Positions 1-10,061 of a stretch of DNA of 64,000 nucleotides are shown here, in pieces. A program made the translations under genes and the position numbers. Position 1 is the stretch's first letter. Each line of letters begins with the position of its first letter. This DNA is from an uncultured Acidobacteriota bacterium (GTDB lineage Bacteria; Acidobacteriota; Terriglobia; Acidiferrales; UBA7541): NCBI GenBank assembly GCA_963788785.1, contig CAWBIB010000005.1:111893-175892 (forward strand), given 5' to 3'. The notes under the pieces are model-generated. The model did no database searches and was not told where the DNA came from. It saw only the letters and a program-made list of their open reading frames with translations.

Positions 1-463
1 GCACTTCGCTGCTCATGGCGACTACCGACTCGAAGACTTCGGCGTTTTGTTCAAAGGGTAGGCCAGGCTCAGGCATCGTTAGCGAGAAAGCTCGGGGCGC
101 CATTTCCTTGTCCAAATTGTCCGCAGACTTTTCTGTAGAACTTCCAGAGCGCGCGGGCTTCTTAACCGCGGCGGCATCCTCGGCGCGGGCGGCTTCCAGC
201 GAACCCTCCGGCACTTCACAGCCGAGACGCACCGCGGATTCGAGCGCTTTTACTTTCCAATCGGCGCGACGGAAACGTCCGGCGGCGGCGATGTACCATT
301 TTCCGGAATCGGCGGCGAGGCCCGCTGTTTCAAAATGGCGCGCGAGCTCGAAGGCCACCATGGCGTCTTGCGTCTTCTCGTAAAGATTGGTTAGCTGCGC
401 GGCGGGATCTTTGCTGGTACGCGCGCGGCGAATGCGGGCAGTAATCTGTTTCCAGTCAGCCAT
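1..463 (-). CDS. Conserved hypothetical protein, N-terminal part (runs off the window edge)
   Basis: My own translation from ATG at 463: MADWKQITARIRRARTSKDPAAQLTNLYEKTQDAMVAFELARHFE..., open to position 1; helical N-terminus. Absent from the ORF track because it has no stop in the window. Confidence 0.7.
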   Translation of the reverse strand, partial: MADWKQITARIRRARTSKDPAAQLTNLYEKTQDAMVAFELARHFETAGLAADSGKWYIAAAGRFRRADWKVKALESAVRLGCEVPEGSLEAARAEDAAAVKKPARSGSSTEKSADNLDKEMAPRAFSLTMPEPGLPFEQNAEVFESVVAMSSEV

Positions 464-636
464 ACGATGCGGGCATTGTAGCAGCGGAAGCGAGTAACGG
501 CCAGTAAAGTCCTGCTTGGAAGGCTTGAGCGGGCTCGGGAGAAAAACCAAGTGGGTACTCTTTGTCGATTGACTGCGCGGAACTTGGTGAGTATGCTCCT
601 GTTAGGTATCTGGTGTCAGCTTTTGGGGGTTTCCGT

Positions 637-1335
637 ATGGGACGAGTTCGCGCATTCCTGGCTTCAATAGTGTCTGTTGCGATGCTGATCACGCCGCTGG
701 TTTCCTCGGCCGCGCCGACGCCGCCTTCACAGTTGGGGATTGTGGTGTTTGCGGACCGCGCGAAGGTGGGAGTAGCTTCCGCTTCCGTGGGCAGCACGGT
801 GTTTGGCGGGGACAAGCTGAGCACTGAAGCGTCCGGCAGCGTGCAGATTCGCGCGGGAGCCGCGCGGTTTTTACTGGCGAGTTCGAGCGGGGCGGTGTTG
901 TCCAGCGATGACGCGAGTCCAGCGGCGACTTTGATTTCGGGCACGGCTACGTTTTCGACCGCAAATTCCAAGGCTTTTACGCTGCGTTATGCGAATGCGA
1001 GTGTTCGCGCTAATACCGACGAGCCAACCATCGGACAGGTAACGGTCGTGGGCCCAAGAGAATTGATCGTAAAGAGCACGCGCGGGTCGCTGATGTTCAG
1101 CGTGGCCGGCGAGAGCAAGATGATTCCGGAAGGCTCGGCATATCGCGTGATTCTGGATCCAACGCCTGCGGAAGCGGCAGCAGCGGCACCTCCGGCGGGC
1201 GGAGGAGCGCCGCCATCCAGCGGGCCACCGGTCAGCGCGGGAACCAGCAAGTTTGTATGGTACGCGATTGCGGTGGTGACCGCGGCTACGGTTATTGCGG
1301 TGATTAAGGCGTACGAGAGCCCGGATCGCCCCTGA
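637..1335 (+). CDS. Exported/membrane-anchored protein with FecR-like beta domain
   Basis: ATG at 637 after a GGGGG RBS-like run; signal peptide (LASIVSVAMLITPLVSSA); FecR-like segment VGSTVFGGDKLSTEASGSVQIRAG; C-terminal hydrophobic helix. Confidence 0.6.
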   Translation: MGRVRAFLASIVSVAMLITPLVSSAAPTPPSQLGIVVFADRAKVGVASASVGSTVFGGDKLSTEASGSVQIRAGAARFLLASSSGAVLSSDDASPAATLISGTATFSTANSKAFTLRYANASVRANTDEPTIGQVTVVGPRELIVKSTRGSLMFSVAGESKMIPEGSAYRVILDPTPAEAAAAAPPAGGGAPPSSGPPVSAGTSKFVWYAIAVVTAATVIAVIKAYESPDRP

Positions 1336-1366
1336 TTTTTTAGTCAGACGACGACTGAACATTTTC

Positions 1367-1400
1367 CTGCCCGCAGAAGTTTGCGGGCAGTTTTTTTTTT
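1367..1400 (+). terminator. Rho-independent terminator
   Basis: CTGCCCGCA-loop-TGCGGGCAG followed by T10. Confidence 0.85.
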
Positions 1401-1456
1401 GCGATTGCATTTAGTTTGAGAGGCGACGGACGGCACAACACATCGTCAACCGCTGG

Positions 1457-1834
1457 CTAAAGCGCGGCTATGACTTCGATTTCGACGGACGCATCTTTCG
1501 GCAGACGGGCGACCTGCACGGTGGAACGGGCCGGTGGCACGGTGGTAAAAAAGCGAGCGTAAACTTCGTTCATCGCGGCGAAATCGTTCATGTCCTTCAG
1601 GAAGACCGTAGTTTTGACCACGTGTTGCAGCTTGGCACCGGCCGCTTCCACAATGCCTTTTACGTTTTCGAGGACGCGCTCGGTTTGTGCAGCGATATCG
1701 CCGGCGATTAATTCATTGGTCTTCGGATCGATGGGAATCTGGCCGGAGAGGAACAGAAATCCGTTGGCCCGCACTGCCTGCGAATAGGGTCCGATGGGTT
1801 TTGGTCCACGATCAGTTAGGACGATGTCTCTCAT
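1457..1834 (-). CDS. ridA: RidA/YjgF/UK114 family enamine/imine deaminase
   Basis: [30 protein letters not shown] motifs. Confidence 0.93.
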   Translation of the reverse strand: MRDIVLTDRGPKPIGPYSQAVRANGFLFLSGQIPIDPKTNELIAGDIAAQTERVLENVKGIVEAAGAKLQHVVKTTVFLKDMNDFAAMNEVYARFFTTVPPARSTVQVARLPKDASVEIEVIAAL

Positions 1835-3606
1835 GGCAAGTCTCCTTTAGAGCGAAACAGTTGCGAAGAATCTGCCGCAGTAACTGCCTGCGAGTGTGGC
1901 TCAGGGGCGTCGGCAGCGCTGGATTTCTGATAACGGGCGCGAAAATCCGCAGGAACACCGGGGCGTTTCATCCAATGGCGAACGAACTCCGCGACGTTCT
2001 GGTGGACTTCCTCTTCGAATGCCGCGATGAGATCGTCGAGGTCGAAACCGCGGGATGCGCGGGCGTATAGCATGTGGGAAATTGCGTCGTGGAAAACTTT
2101 CGAACCGTAGCGATCCTGTAGGGCGTAAAAAAAGAGCAGGCTTTTGGCGCGCAAGACTTGGGCGCTTTCCGGCGGCTTGGCTCGCGGCATCGCAAATAGC
2201 GCAGAGGTTGGCGGAACGTCCGGGGAATAGGGCGCGGGCACAATTTCCGGAATCTCGCGAAGGGCCCGGCGGACCATCTCGCCGCGAACCTGTGGACCAT
2301 CAATTTCCTCGCGGCTGCGGGCCGCCGCGAAAATCGGCAGAAGCGCCAGGGGTTCGGTCTGTTCGTAAAATCCAGGGTTGCGGCCGTAGCCGAGCCAACT
2401 CGCGGCGAGGGGCGGAGCGGCAGCGGCGACAAGTTGCGGCACACCTTTGGTGGGATCGACCATTACGGTGTCTGACGAAATTAGCTCGGAGGAGGGGTCA
2501 TCCTCGGCGCTGCCATCCAGCAACTTGGCGATGCCCGAGCCGTATTGTGAGAAACAGCCAGCGGCCACGGGACACTCGACGATCCAGAACGCGGAAACGC
2601 GACTCGGCGGAGCGCCAAAAATTGAATTGTAAACGTCCACCGTGCGCGCCAGTTGCGGGCTGGCTTCTTTTAATACTCCCTGCTGCGAGCCCGGCGGAGA
2701 TTGTGAAGCGCGGCTCCATAAAATAATTTTCTGGTGAGAATCGCGAATTTCGGTGGCGGTGTAGCGGCCGGCAACGACGAATGGGTAGCGGTCGTCAACG
2801 GTTTGCCGCACACGGTAGGTCTGGGCTCCGCTGCTGCCGGCTCGCTGAGTTTTTTTGCCCGCGCCGCTGCTGTGTACGATAAATGCCTCGGGAACGGTGA
2901 TCACCAGATCCCACTTTTTGGGTGGCACGCCGCCGAAACCGAACAGTCCGCGAGGCTGCGGCAACTCGGGACTCCAGCCCGCGGCCGGAAGGTAGAACGC
3001 ATCGGCCGCGAAACTTAAGGCATTGCCGCCAGCTTCGGGCTGCAGGATATCGTAAGAAATATGCAGCGAGTGGCTATCGGAAATGCTCCACGGCTTTGAG
3101 AGCCGAAGAAGAGAGTTGCGTGGATAATCTGGCTCAGGACTGATAGCAATGTCGGCGCCATCCCATTGTGTGGAGATAGGACCGAGATGGACGCGGCGCC
3201 CCTTGGGGAGGATTACTTCGAGATCGCGGAGCGGACGAATGCCGGTGTTGCGCAGCTGATACTCAGCGTCGATGTGGATCGCTTGCTGCGCGGGTTCGAA
3301 CTGCACGCTAATTTCCTGTTTTTCTACCAGGTATCCTGGGCCCATGGGCGCGGCACAGGAAGAAGCCCATAGCGCGCAGAACACCAAGAATAGGGCCGGC
3401 AACAGCGCTGGTCCAAACGCTGGCAACAACGCCGACAGCATTTCGGCCGGAAGAGCATCGGGATGGAGGCGCAGCCGCAAAACGTCCTGATTGTATCGGG
3501 GAAAGGCGGAGAGCAACAGCCAGATATGTGGCAACTTTCGCTCTAGAAATGCGCGAGAGGGGGACGAATCAATTAAAGGCAGAATGACGGATTTCAGGGC
3601 GAGCAA
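1831..3606 (-). CDS. M1 aminopeptidase-like exported protein, apparently lacking the Zn-binding motif
   Basis: M1-type N-terminal beta domain and C-terminal [12 protein letters not shown]...DLDDL..AFEE..FVRHW; HEXXH position reads PPLAASWLG. True start probably downstream (e.g. 3441). Stop overlaps the ridA start. Confidence 0.6.
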   Translation of the reverse strand: MLALKSVILPLIDSSPSRAFLERKLPHIWLLLSAFPRYNQDVLRLRLHPDALPAEMLSALLPAFGPALLPALFLVFCALWASSCAAPMGPGYLVEKQEISVQFEPAQQAIHIDAEYQLRNTGIRPLRDLEVILPKGRRVHLGPISTQWDGADIAISPEPDYPRNSLLRLSKPWSISDSHSLHISYDILQPEAGGNALSFAADAFYLPAAGWSPELPQPRGLFGFGGVPPKKWDLVITVPEAFIVHSSGAGKKTQRAGSSGAQTYRVRQTVDDRYPFVVAGRYTATEIRDSHQKIILWSRASQSPPGSQQGVLKEASPQLARTVDVYNSIFGAPPSRVSAFWIVECPVAAGCFSQYGSGIAKLLDGSAEDDPSSELISSDTVMVDPTKGVPQLVAAAAPPLAASWLGYGRNPGFYEQTEPLALLPIFAAARSREEIDGPQVRGEMVRRALREIPEIVPAPYSPDVPPTSALFAMPRAKPPESAQVLRAKSLLFFYALQDRYGSKVFHDAISHMLYARASRGFDLDDLIAAFEEEVHQNVAEFVRHWMKRPGVPADFRARYQKSSAADAPEPHSQAVTAADSSQLFRSKGDLP

Positions 3607-3617
3607 AGAAACTGATT

Positions 3618-4235
3618 TTAATGGCGCTTGGCGCGGGTTCGAACGAAGTCTGTGTTGGCATGATTTCTTTTGGCCTCGCGAGCGGCAACTTCCTTTTCGG
3701 CTTGCTCGTCGGTCATGCCCTCATTGATGCGCTCCAGAACCTGCTTTTCAGACAGTCCGGTATTTATCAAGCGGCTGATTTCCGCGCTGGAAAGCGTAGG
3801 CAGTCCCTGCAGGTGGCGGGAAACCAGCAATTGCACCGTAGGCTGAGAGAGCCCGATCAATTTCAGGGTGATCGCTTCGGTGCTGATAGTGTCCAACTGG
3901 TCCGATTGCGCCATGTTTAGAACGTCTTGTTCCGAATAACCCGCGCCGATCAAATTGCCGGCGGAATCGCCGCTGCTGAAGGAATGTTGATGCGAGTGAG
4001 CGTCTTTGACCAGGGCGAGCGAAGTATCGTCAGTCAAGCCAATGCTTTTCAGCTTGGCAATCTGCGGAATTTCCGTTTCCGTGATATTCAATTTTTTTAG
4101 ATCATCAATCGTCGTCAGGGAAAAGCCCGCCTGCGTGAGCGGAACGTAGCTGATCTTGGGTTTCTGCTCACATCCCGTGGCCAGAAAAGCAAACAAGAGC
4201 AGGCAAGTGGCGGGGCTGAGTGCTGGGCGACGCAT
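3618..4235 (-). CDS. Hypothetical lipoprotein
   Basis: Signal peptide with lipobox LATGC; helical mature region. Confidence 0.7.
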   Translation of the reverse strand: MRRPALSPATCLLLFAFLATGCEQKPKISYVPLTQAGFSLTTIDDLKKLNITETEIPQIAKLKSIGLTDDTSLALVKDAHSHQHSFSSGDSAGNLIGAGYSEQDVLNMAQSDQLDTISTEAITLKLIGLSQPTVQLLVSRHLQGLPTLSSAEISRLINTGLSEKQVLERINEGMTDEQAEKEVAAREAKRNHANTDFVRTRAKRH

Positions 4236-4384
4236 ACCTCATTCTAAGGTTGGTATCGGAAATCGAACGAAGGGGCGGCGGCGGCTGTGTTTTGGGCGAC
4301 ACCAGACCAAAGGACAGGTGCCTTAGAGCGTAACCTTGGGGAGCAGAATAACTGAGAATTATCGGAGAGTTTCAGGGGCGGGCA

Positions 4385-6627
4385 TCAATGCGGAGCGGAA
4401 CCTTCGCCAGCCTGATACACGCGTTCGACGCCATAAACGCCAGAAATGCGCCGAATGTTGACGAAGATGGTCTCAAGTTGGCGCTTGTCGGCGATTTCCA
4501 GGCTGGCTTCGATGCGGGCGTTAAGCTTGTCTGGGCGGCTTTCAAGATTGCGGATATTGGAGCCGGCAGCCGCTGATCACCGCGGTGATTTCGGCCAGCA
4601 GGCCGGCGCGATCTTTGGCACGGATAGAGAGCTGAACCGGGAAAGTAGAGGCGCTGTCGCCGCCCCATTCAACGGCGATGCGGCGTTCCGCCTGGTACAG
4701 CAAGTTTTGCACGTTGGGACAGCTCTTGGTGTGCACGGCGACGCCGCGTCCGCGCGTGATGTAGCCGATGATTTCGTCGCCAGGAATGGGATTACAACAC
4801 TTGGCGCGATAGACGAGCAAATCGTCCTGACCTTTCACGACCAGCGGGGCTTCGCCGAAGCCAAGCATGCGCTTGACGGTTTTAACCAGCGTGGGCTTGG
4901 CGTCGGCAGTTTTCGGCAACGTCGCTCTTTCGCAACCTCGCCAAACACGCGCGATAAGAATCTGGCCGCGCGGAATATTTTCCGAATCCTACCGCAGCGT
5001 ACAAATCTTCGATTTTGGAGATGCCCAGGTCGGCGGCAACCTTGAGCATGTCGGCTTCCGGAATTTTTTTCAGGCCGCGTCCGAAATGGCGAGAATCGTT
5101 TTCCAGAAGCTTGCGGCCCATCTCAGTGGCTTCTTCGCGCTCCTGCACATTGATCCAGTGGCGGATTTTACTTTTGGCGTGCGAGGATTTGACGAAGCTG
5201 AGCCAGTCGCGACTGGGGCGGTGGCCTTTCTGCGTGAGAATTTCGACCACATCGCCGTTGGTGACTTCATGACGCAACGGAACCATCTGTCCGTTGACCT
5301 TGGCGCCCACGCACTGATGACCCACTTCCGTGTGCACCGCATACGCAAAGTCTACAGGGGTAGCCCCACGCGGCAGTTCCATTACTCGGCCTTTGGGCGT
5401 GAAGGCATAAACTTCGAGCGGCGCAAGATCCACTTTTAGGGTGGTGAGAAATTCTCCGGGCTCTTCCAGTTCCTGCGACCACTCAATTAGCTGCCGCATC
5501 CAGGCGATGCGCTGGTCGTCATCGTCGCCGGCAGGTTTGCCGCCTTTGTATTTCCAGTGAGCGGCGACGCCTTCTTCCGCCAGCCGGTGCATCTCTTGCG
5601 TGCGGATCTGCATTTCAAACGCCTGGCCGCCCTGCAGCACGGTCGTGTGCAGCGACTGGTACAGATTGGGGCGCGGCATGGCGATGTAATCTTTGAAACG
5701 CCCGGGAACCGGGTGCCAGATGTGATGCACAACGCCGAGAGCCGCGTAGCAGTTGCGCTCGTTGTCGGTAATCACCCGCACCGCCAGCAAGTCATACACC
5801 TGCTCAAGACCGCGCTCCTGGCGAACAATTTTTCGCTGCAGAGAATACAAGCTTTTGACGCGGGCTTCGAGTTCGGCGGGAATTCCGCTTTCCACCAGCT
5901 TGGCTTGAATCGTGTTTTGCACTTCTTCGAGGAAGCGCTGGTGCACCGGGGCTTTATCGGTAACTTGCTTCTGCAAGGCGAAAAACGCTTCAGGTTCCAG
6001 ATACCGAAAAGAGAGATCTTCCAGTTCGCCGCGGACGATGCCCATTCCCAGGCGGTGCGCAATGGGCGCATAGATGTCCAGGGTTTCGCGGGAGATGCGC
6101 TGCTGCTTGTGCGGCTCGAGATAATCGAGGGTGCGCATGTTGTGCAGGCGGTCGGCCAATTTCACCAGCACCACGCGAACGTCGTTCACCATGGCCAGCA
6201 ACATTTTGCGGACGTTTTCCGCCTGGCGCGCTTCGGGGGCGACCATATTGAGGCGCCCGATTTTCGTAACTCCCGCCACCAAATGGGCGACCTCGGCGCC
6301 GAAGCGTTCTTCAATGCGCGAGAGCGGAAACTCGGTATCTTCGACAACGTCGTGGAGCAATGCGGCGGTCAGCGTAGTGGCGTCCAGGCGCATGTCCGCC
6401 AGGATATGAGCGACTTCTAGGAGATGCGTTAGATAGGGTTCGCCGGAACTGCGCACCTGGTCGCGGTGCCGCTCGGCAGCGATTTCATAAGCGCGGCGCA
6501 CCACCCAGGGATCTTCCGAGGGGCGGTTTTTACGGAGCTTTTCGAGGAGTTCTTCGAGGCGGGCATCAAGCTGCCGCTCGTCGCGGTCGCGATGAAAGTT
6601 CAGCGGGAGGTTGCCGGAAGACGGCAT
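4385..6627 (-). CDS. relA: Bifunctional (p)ppGpp synthetase/hydrolase RelA/SpoT, split by at least 2 frameshifts (probably sequence errors)
   Basis: HD domain (HDVVEDT), synthetase (RVKSLYS, EMQIRT), TGS, zinc finger (AKCCNPIPGD) and ACT; net +1 shifts near 4920-4970 and near 4570; rejoined C-terminus reads ISAAGSNIRNLESR...VERVYQAGEGSAPH-stop(4385). Confidence 0.9.
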
Positions 6628-6715
6628 GGGGTAGTTTACCGCTTATATTTGCTGGGGAAAAGAGGGCCCGCACGGGCGAACGTCCATCGCGCAATACAAG
6701 GCTTGTTGTAGCAAT

Positions 6716-6746
6716 AAAAAAGGCGCCCTGTGGGGCGCCCTTTTTT
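6716..6746. terminator. Bidirectional-type intrinsic terminator after the TPR gene
   Basis: A6-GGCGCCC-loop-GGGCGCC-C-T6. Confidence 0.75.
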
Positions 6747-6772
6747 ATAGTTCCCGATTCAATGAGAAGTGA

Positions 6773-7738
6773 TTAACCGCCAGCTGGCACCGGAGTATCG
6801 GCGCGCTTCTGCTTGATCTCTTTGACCTTGTCGATCAAATCGTCGGCTTGTTTGACCAGTGCGGCACGCTCTTCGTTGCTGGAGACTGTGTCGGCCTTGC
6901 GGCGATACAGGAGGTTTAGATACGCCATCGCGTCGTCATAGTCCGGACGAATCTGAATCGCTTTCTGCAGGTCGGCAATGCCCTCGTCGATCAACGCGCC
7001 TTCTTTGGCCAGATAATCAGCGCGAAGAGCTTCCGGCAACGGGTCGGTATCTTTGACCTGTTTGTTGATGTGGTCTTTGTTGTAGTCCGCGCGCATGGTC
7101 AGGTTGTTGCGAAAGGCCAGGGTCCAATCAATGACCCCGATCCAGTAGTAAGGCTCGGGATCGTTGGGCTGCAAAGCGATGTGCTTCTGGTGATACGTCT
7201 TGGATTCCTCAAACTTGGCGGGATCAAACGGGGTGCCGGCCATCTGAAAAAGAATCGAACCAATGCCGTCGATGGCGCTGAGATTATTGGGATCCTGCTG
7301 GAGCACTTCCTTGAACACCGCGATGGCCTGGTTGCCGAACTGCATATTTTCCTGCGACGGGGCGCCAGGAATATATTGCGTGGCGTAGGCAGTGGCCAGA
7401 TACAGCCGCGCGTTCATCAGCGTGGGATCCAGATCCTTGGCTTGCTTGAAATCTTCGATGGCGACGTCGTATTGCCCGTTCTTGAAGGACTGCACGCCTT
7501 TGTTCAAAAGGTCGCGCGCGCGAAGCTTGGCGCAGCCCGAAACGCCCGCCACCAGAATGAGCAATGCTGCCAGAGCAGCGGCCCGGCGAAGGGACCGCGT
7601 AGGACGGACGAGCACTGAATCCGCTCCTGCTACCGATGCTTGAGTCATCGAAAGAACCATCCCTGATGTACGCGACCAAAAGCGGTCAACGCGAGAATTC
7701 ACAACAGCCCTGCGAAGGGCAACCCCGGAAATTTCCAA
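6773..7738 (-). CDS. TPR-repeat lipoprotein
   Basis: Lipobox VSGC after a hydrophobic stretch; TPR patterns (YDVAIEDFKQAKDLDP, IADLQKAIQIRPDYDDAMAYL). True start probably 7660 or 7648. Confidence 0.8.
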   Translation of the reverse strand: MEISGVALRRAVVNSRVDRFWSRTSGMVLSMTQASVAGADSVLVRPTRSLRRAAALAALLILVAGVSGCAKLRARDLLNKGVQSFKNGQYDVAIEDFKQAKDLDPTLMNARLYLATAYATQYIPGAPSQENMQFGNQAIAVFKEVLQQDPNNLSAIDGIGSILFQMAGTPFDPAKFEESKTYHQKHIALQPNDPEPYYWIGVIDWTLAFRNNLTMRADYNKDHINKQVKDTDPLPEALRADYLAKEGALIDEGIADLQKAIQIRPDYDDAMAYLNLLYRRKADTVSSNEERAALVKQADDLIDKVKEIKQKRADTPVPAGG

Positions 7739-8182
7739 TTACTGCCCAGCTTCGAGTTTCGCGGTGATCAAGCCAACTTTGTCGATGCCCGCGCCGCGCA
7801 TAATGTCGATAGCGCGCGCAACGTCCTTGAACATTACATCGTTATCGCCTTTGACGAAAGCAACTTTCTCGGCGCGCTCTTTGAAAATCTGTTCCATGCG
7901 CGTGCCGAGCGCTTCCCAGCTGACGTCTTCGTTATTAATCTTCAGCTTGGGATTGTCTGACTTGGGATCGGCGATCACCTGGACCACCACCGTCTTGTTA
8001 TCGATTTCCTGCTGTTGCTGCTGGTTGGGATTCGGCTGGGGCACCAGGGCATCCATGCCCTTGGGGGTCAGCGGCGTGATGACCATGAAGATGATCAACA
8101 GCACCAGCAAAATATCGATCAGCGGGACGATGTTCATCTCCGCCATTGCACCGCCGGTATTTTCTCCTACGGACATTCCCAT
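7739..8182 (-). CDS. exbD: ExbD/TolR family biopolymer transporter subunit (copy 1)
   Basis: NIVPLIDILLVLLIIFMV TM with conserved Asp; KGDNDV.F..V...IDI...AGI..VGL. Confidence 0.92.
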   Translation of the reverse strand: MGMSVGENTGGAMAEMNIVPLIDILLVLLIIFMVITPLTPKGMDALVPQPNPNQQQQQEIDNKTVVVQVIADPKSDNPKLKINNEDVSWEALGTRMEQIFKERAEKVAFVKGDNDVMFKDVARAIDIMRGAGIDKVGLITAKLEAGQ

Positions 8183-8220
8183 GGCAATTCTCCTGGCGTT
8201 ACTAAAAACGTTTTAAGACT

Positions 8221-8661
8221 CTACTGCCCGGCTTCCAGCTTGGCGGTAATCAATCCCACCTTTTCGATACCGGCACCACGCATGATGTCCACGGCGCGCG
8301 CAACGTCCATGAACATTACATCGTTATCGCCTTTGACGAAAGCAACTTTCTCGGCGCGTTCTTTGAAAATCTGATCCATTCGCGAACCCAAAGCGTCCCA
8401 GGTTACGTTCTCGTTGTTGATCTTCAGCGCGGCTTGATCCGATTGGGAATCACCCAACACCTGCACCACGATGGTGTTTACCACCGGCTCTACGCGTCGC
8501 GGGTCGTTGTTCGGTTGAGGCACTAACGCCTCCAACCCTTTCGGCGTCAACGGGGTGATGACCATGAAGATAATCAAGAGCACCAGCAAGATATCGATGA
8601 GCGGAACCACGTTCATTTCCGCCATCGCGCCAGTTTGCTTATCTCCAACGGACATTCCCAT
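8221..8661 (-). CDS. exbD: ExbD/TolR family subunit (copy 2, close paralog of copy 1)
   Basis: NVVPLIDILLVLLIIFMV; ATG 8661 with GAGGAG RBS. Confidence 0.92.
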   Translation of the reverse strand: MGMSVGDKQTGAMAEMNVVPLIDILLVLLIIFMVITPLTPKGLEALVPQPNNDPRRVEPVVNTIVVQVLGDSQSDQAALKINNENVTWDALGSRMDQIFKERAEKVAFVKGDNDVMFMDVARAVDIMRGAGIEKVGLITAKLEAGQ

Positions 8662-8784
8662 GGCATTTCTCCTCGTCGAAGCACGCCGATGTTTCGGGAA
8701 TTGCGCCGCGCCGGGTGGGTGCCGGCGCGGCCTACAGCTTACAGGAACGAATGACAGCAACTACGAAACGTGAAACGCGCCAGC

Positions 8785-9237
8785 TCAATCCGCAGGTGGC
8801 GGAGGAGGAGGCGCTTCATTGGCCGAGTGGGTCTTGTCGGTAAGCAACCCGAGTTGATCCACACCGGCCGACCGGATTTCGTCAACCGCGCCGACCACGT
8901 CGCCGTATTTTGCGCGAGCATCGCTCTTCACAAATACAGTCTTGTCGAGGCGGTTGGAAATGCGGTCTTTGATTTGGTTGGTCAGGTCAGCCTTTTCCGT
9001 GGCCGTGGTGCCCAGGAAAATCTTCCCATCACGCGTGATGGCCACGATGATGGCATCGTCTTTATCCGCATTCTGCATATCGTGCGTGTTGTTGACGCTC
9101 GCCAGGTCCACCTGCTTGCCCTTTTGCAACATGGGCGTGACGACCATGAAGATGATCAACAAGACCAGCATGATATCCGCCATCGGAATTACGTTTGGCG
9201 TGGACATCTGACTGCCGACTTTTGGTTTATAGCCCAT
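8785..9237 (-). CDS. exbD: ExbD/TolR family subunit (copy 3, divergent)
   Basis: NVIPMADIMLVLLIIFMVVTP; KSDARAKYGDVV.AVD.IRSAGV..LGL. Confidence 0.92.
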   Translation of the reverse strand: MGYKPKVGSQMSTPNVIPMADIMLVLLIIFMVVTPMLQKGKQVDLASVNNTHDMQNADKDDAIIVAITRDGKIFLGTTATEKADLTNQIKDRISNRLDKTVFVKSDARAKYGDVVGAVDEIRSAGVDQLGLLTDKTHSANEAPPPPPPAD

Positions 9238-9246
9238 GAGGGGTCC

Positions 9247-9975
9247 TTACTTCTTGGTCGCGCCGCGACGGAGAATGAAGTAGTTGATGAGCTCCATCGA
9301 AGAGTTGTCCATCTCGACGTCGAAGGCTTCGACCTTGTTCGTGAAATAGTTATAGGCCCAAACGGCAGGCACGGCCACGAGCAAGCCGAGCGCGGTGGTT
9401 ACCAAGGCTTCCGCGATACCGCCGGCGACCGCGGAAAGACCGGTTGCGTGGCTGGTTTCGATACCTTTAAATGCGTTCAAGATTCCGACCACCGTGCCGA
9501 ACAGTCCGACGAACGGCGCGGTGGAACCAATCGTGGCCAGTGCCGAAAGTCCGCGCTTCATTTCCGCGTGAACGATGGCGACCGAGCGCTCGAGACCGCG
9601 CTTGGCGGCTTCGATCACGTCAGCGTCTGAAACTTGCTGCGAGGCGGACTGAAATTCCGAAAGGCCGGTCGCCACAACTTTGGCGATATGGCTCTTCTTG
9701 TTGCGCTCGGCGATGGCAATCGCTTCATCCAGCTTGCCTTCTTTGAGCGCGCCGGCGACTTGCTGCACAAACACGCGAGACTGTTTGCGCGCCGCGCTGT
9801 ACATCAATGCGCGGTCAATCATTACGCCGAAGGAATAAATCGAGAGAATGAACAGAATCACGACTACGGTGCGAGGCAGGGCGCTCATCGAACCCCACAT
9901 CGTGCGTAGGTCCCAGTTGGAACCGTTGGCCTGCTGGAACAGCATGGCCGCGTATACGTACAGTGTTGCTACCAT
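9247..9975 (-). CDS. exbB: MotA/TolQ/ExbB proton channel subunit
   Basis: LATIGSTAPFVGLFGTVVGI..AF, GIAEALVTTALGL.VAVPA. Confidence 0.93.
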   Translation of the reverse strand: MVATLYVYAAMLFQQANGSNWDLRTMWGSMSALPRTVVVILFILSIYSFGVMIDRALMYSAARKQSRVFVQQVAGALKEGKLDEAIAIAERNKKSHIAKVVATGLSEFQSASQQVSDADVIEAAKRGLERSVAIVHAEMKRGLSALATIGSTAPFVGLFGTVVGILNAFKGIETSHATGLSAVAGGIAEALVTTALGLLVAVPAVWAYNYFTNKVEAFDVEMDNSSMELINYFILRRGATKK

Positions 9976-10061
9976 TCGTTTGCTCCTTAGAATTGTCTAG
10001 CGAATCTGTTACTCAATACCGGACCAGCGCGCCTGCCCCACGACTGGAGCGCTGAACCGCC

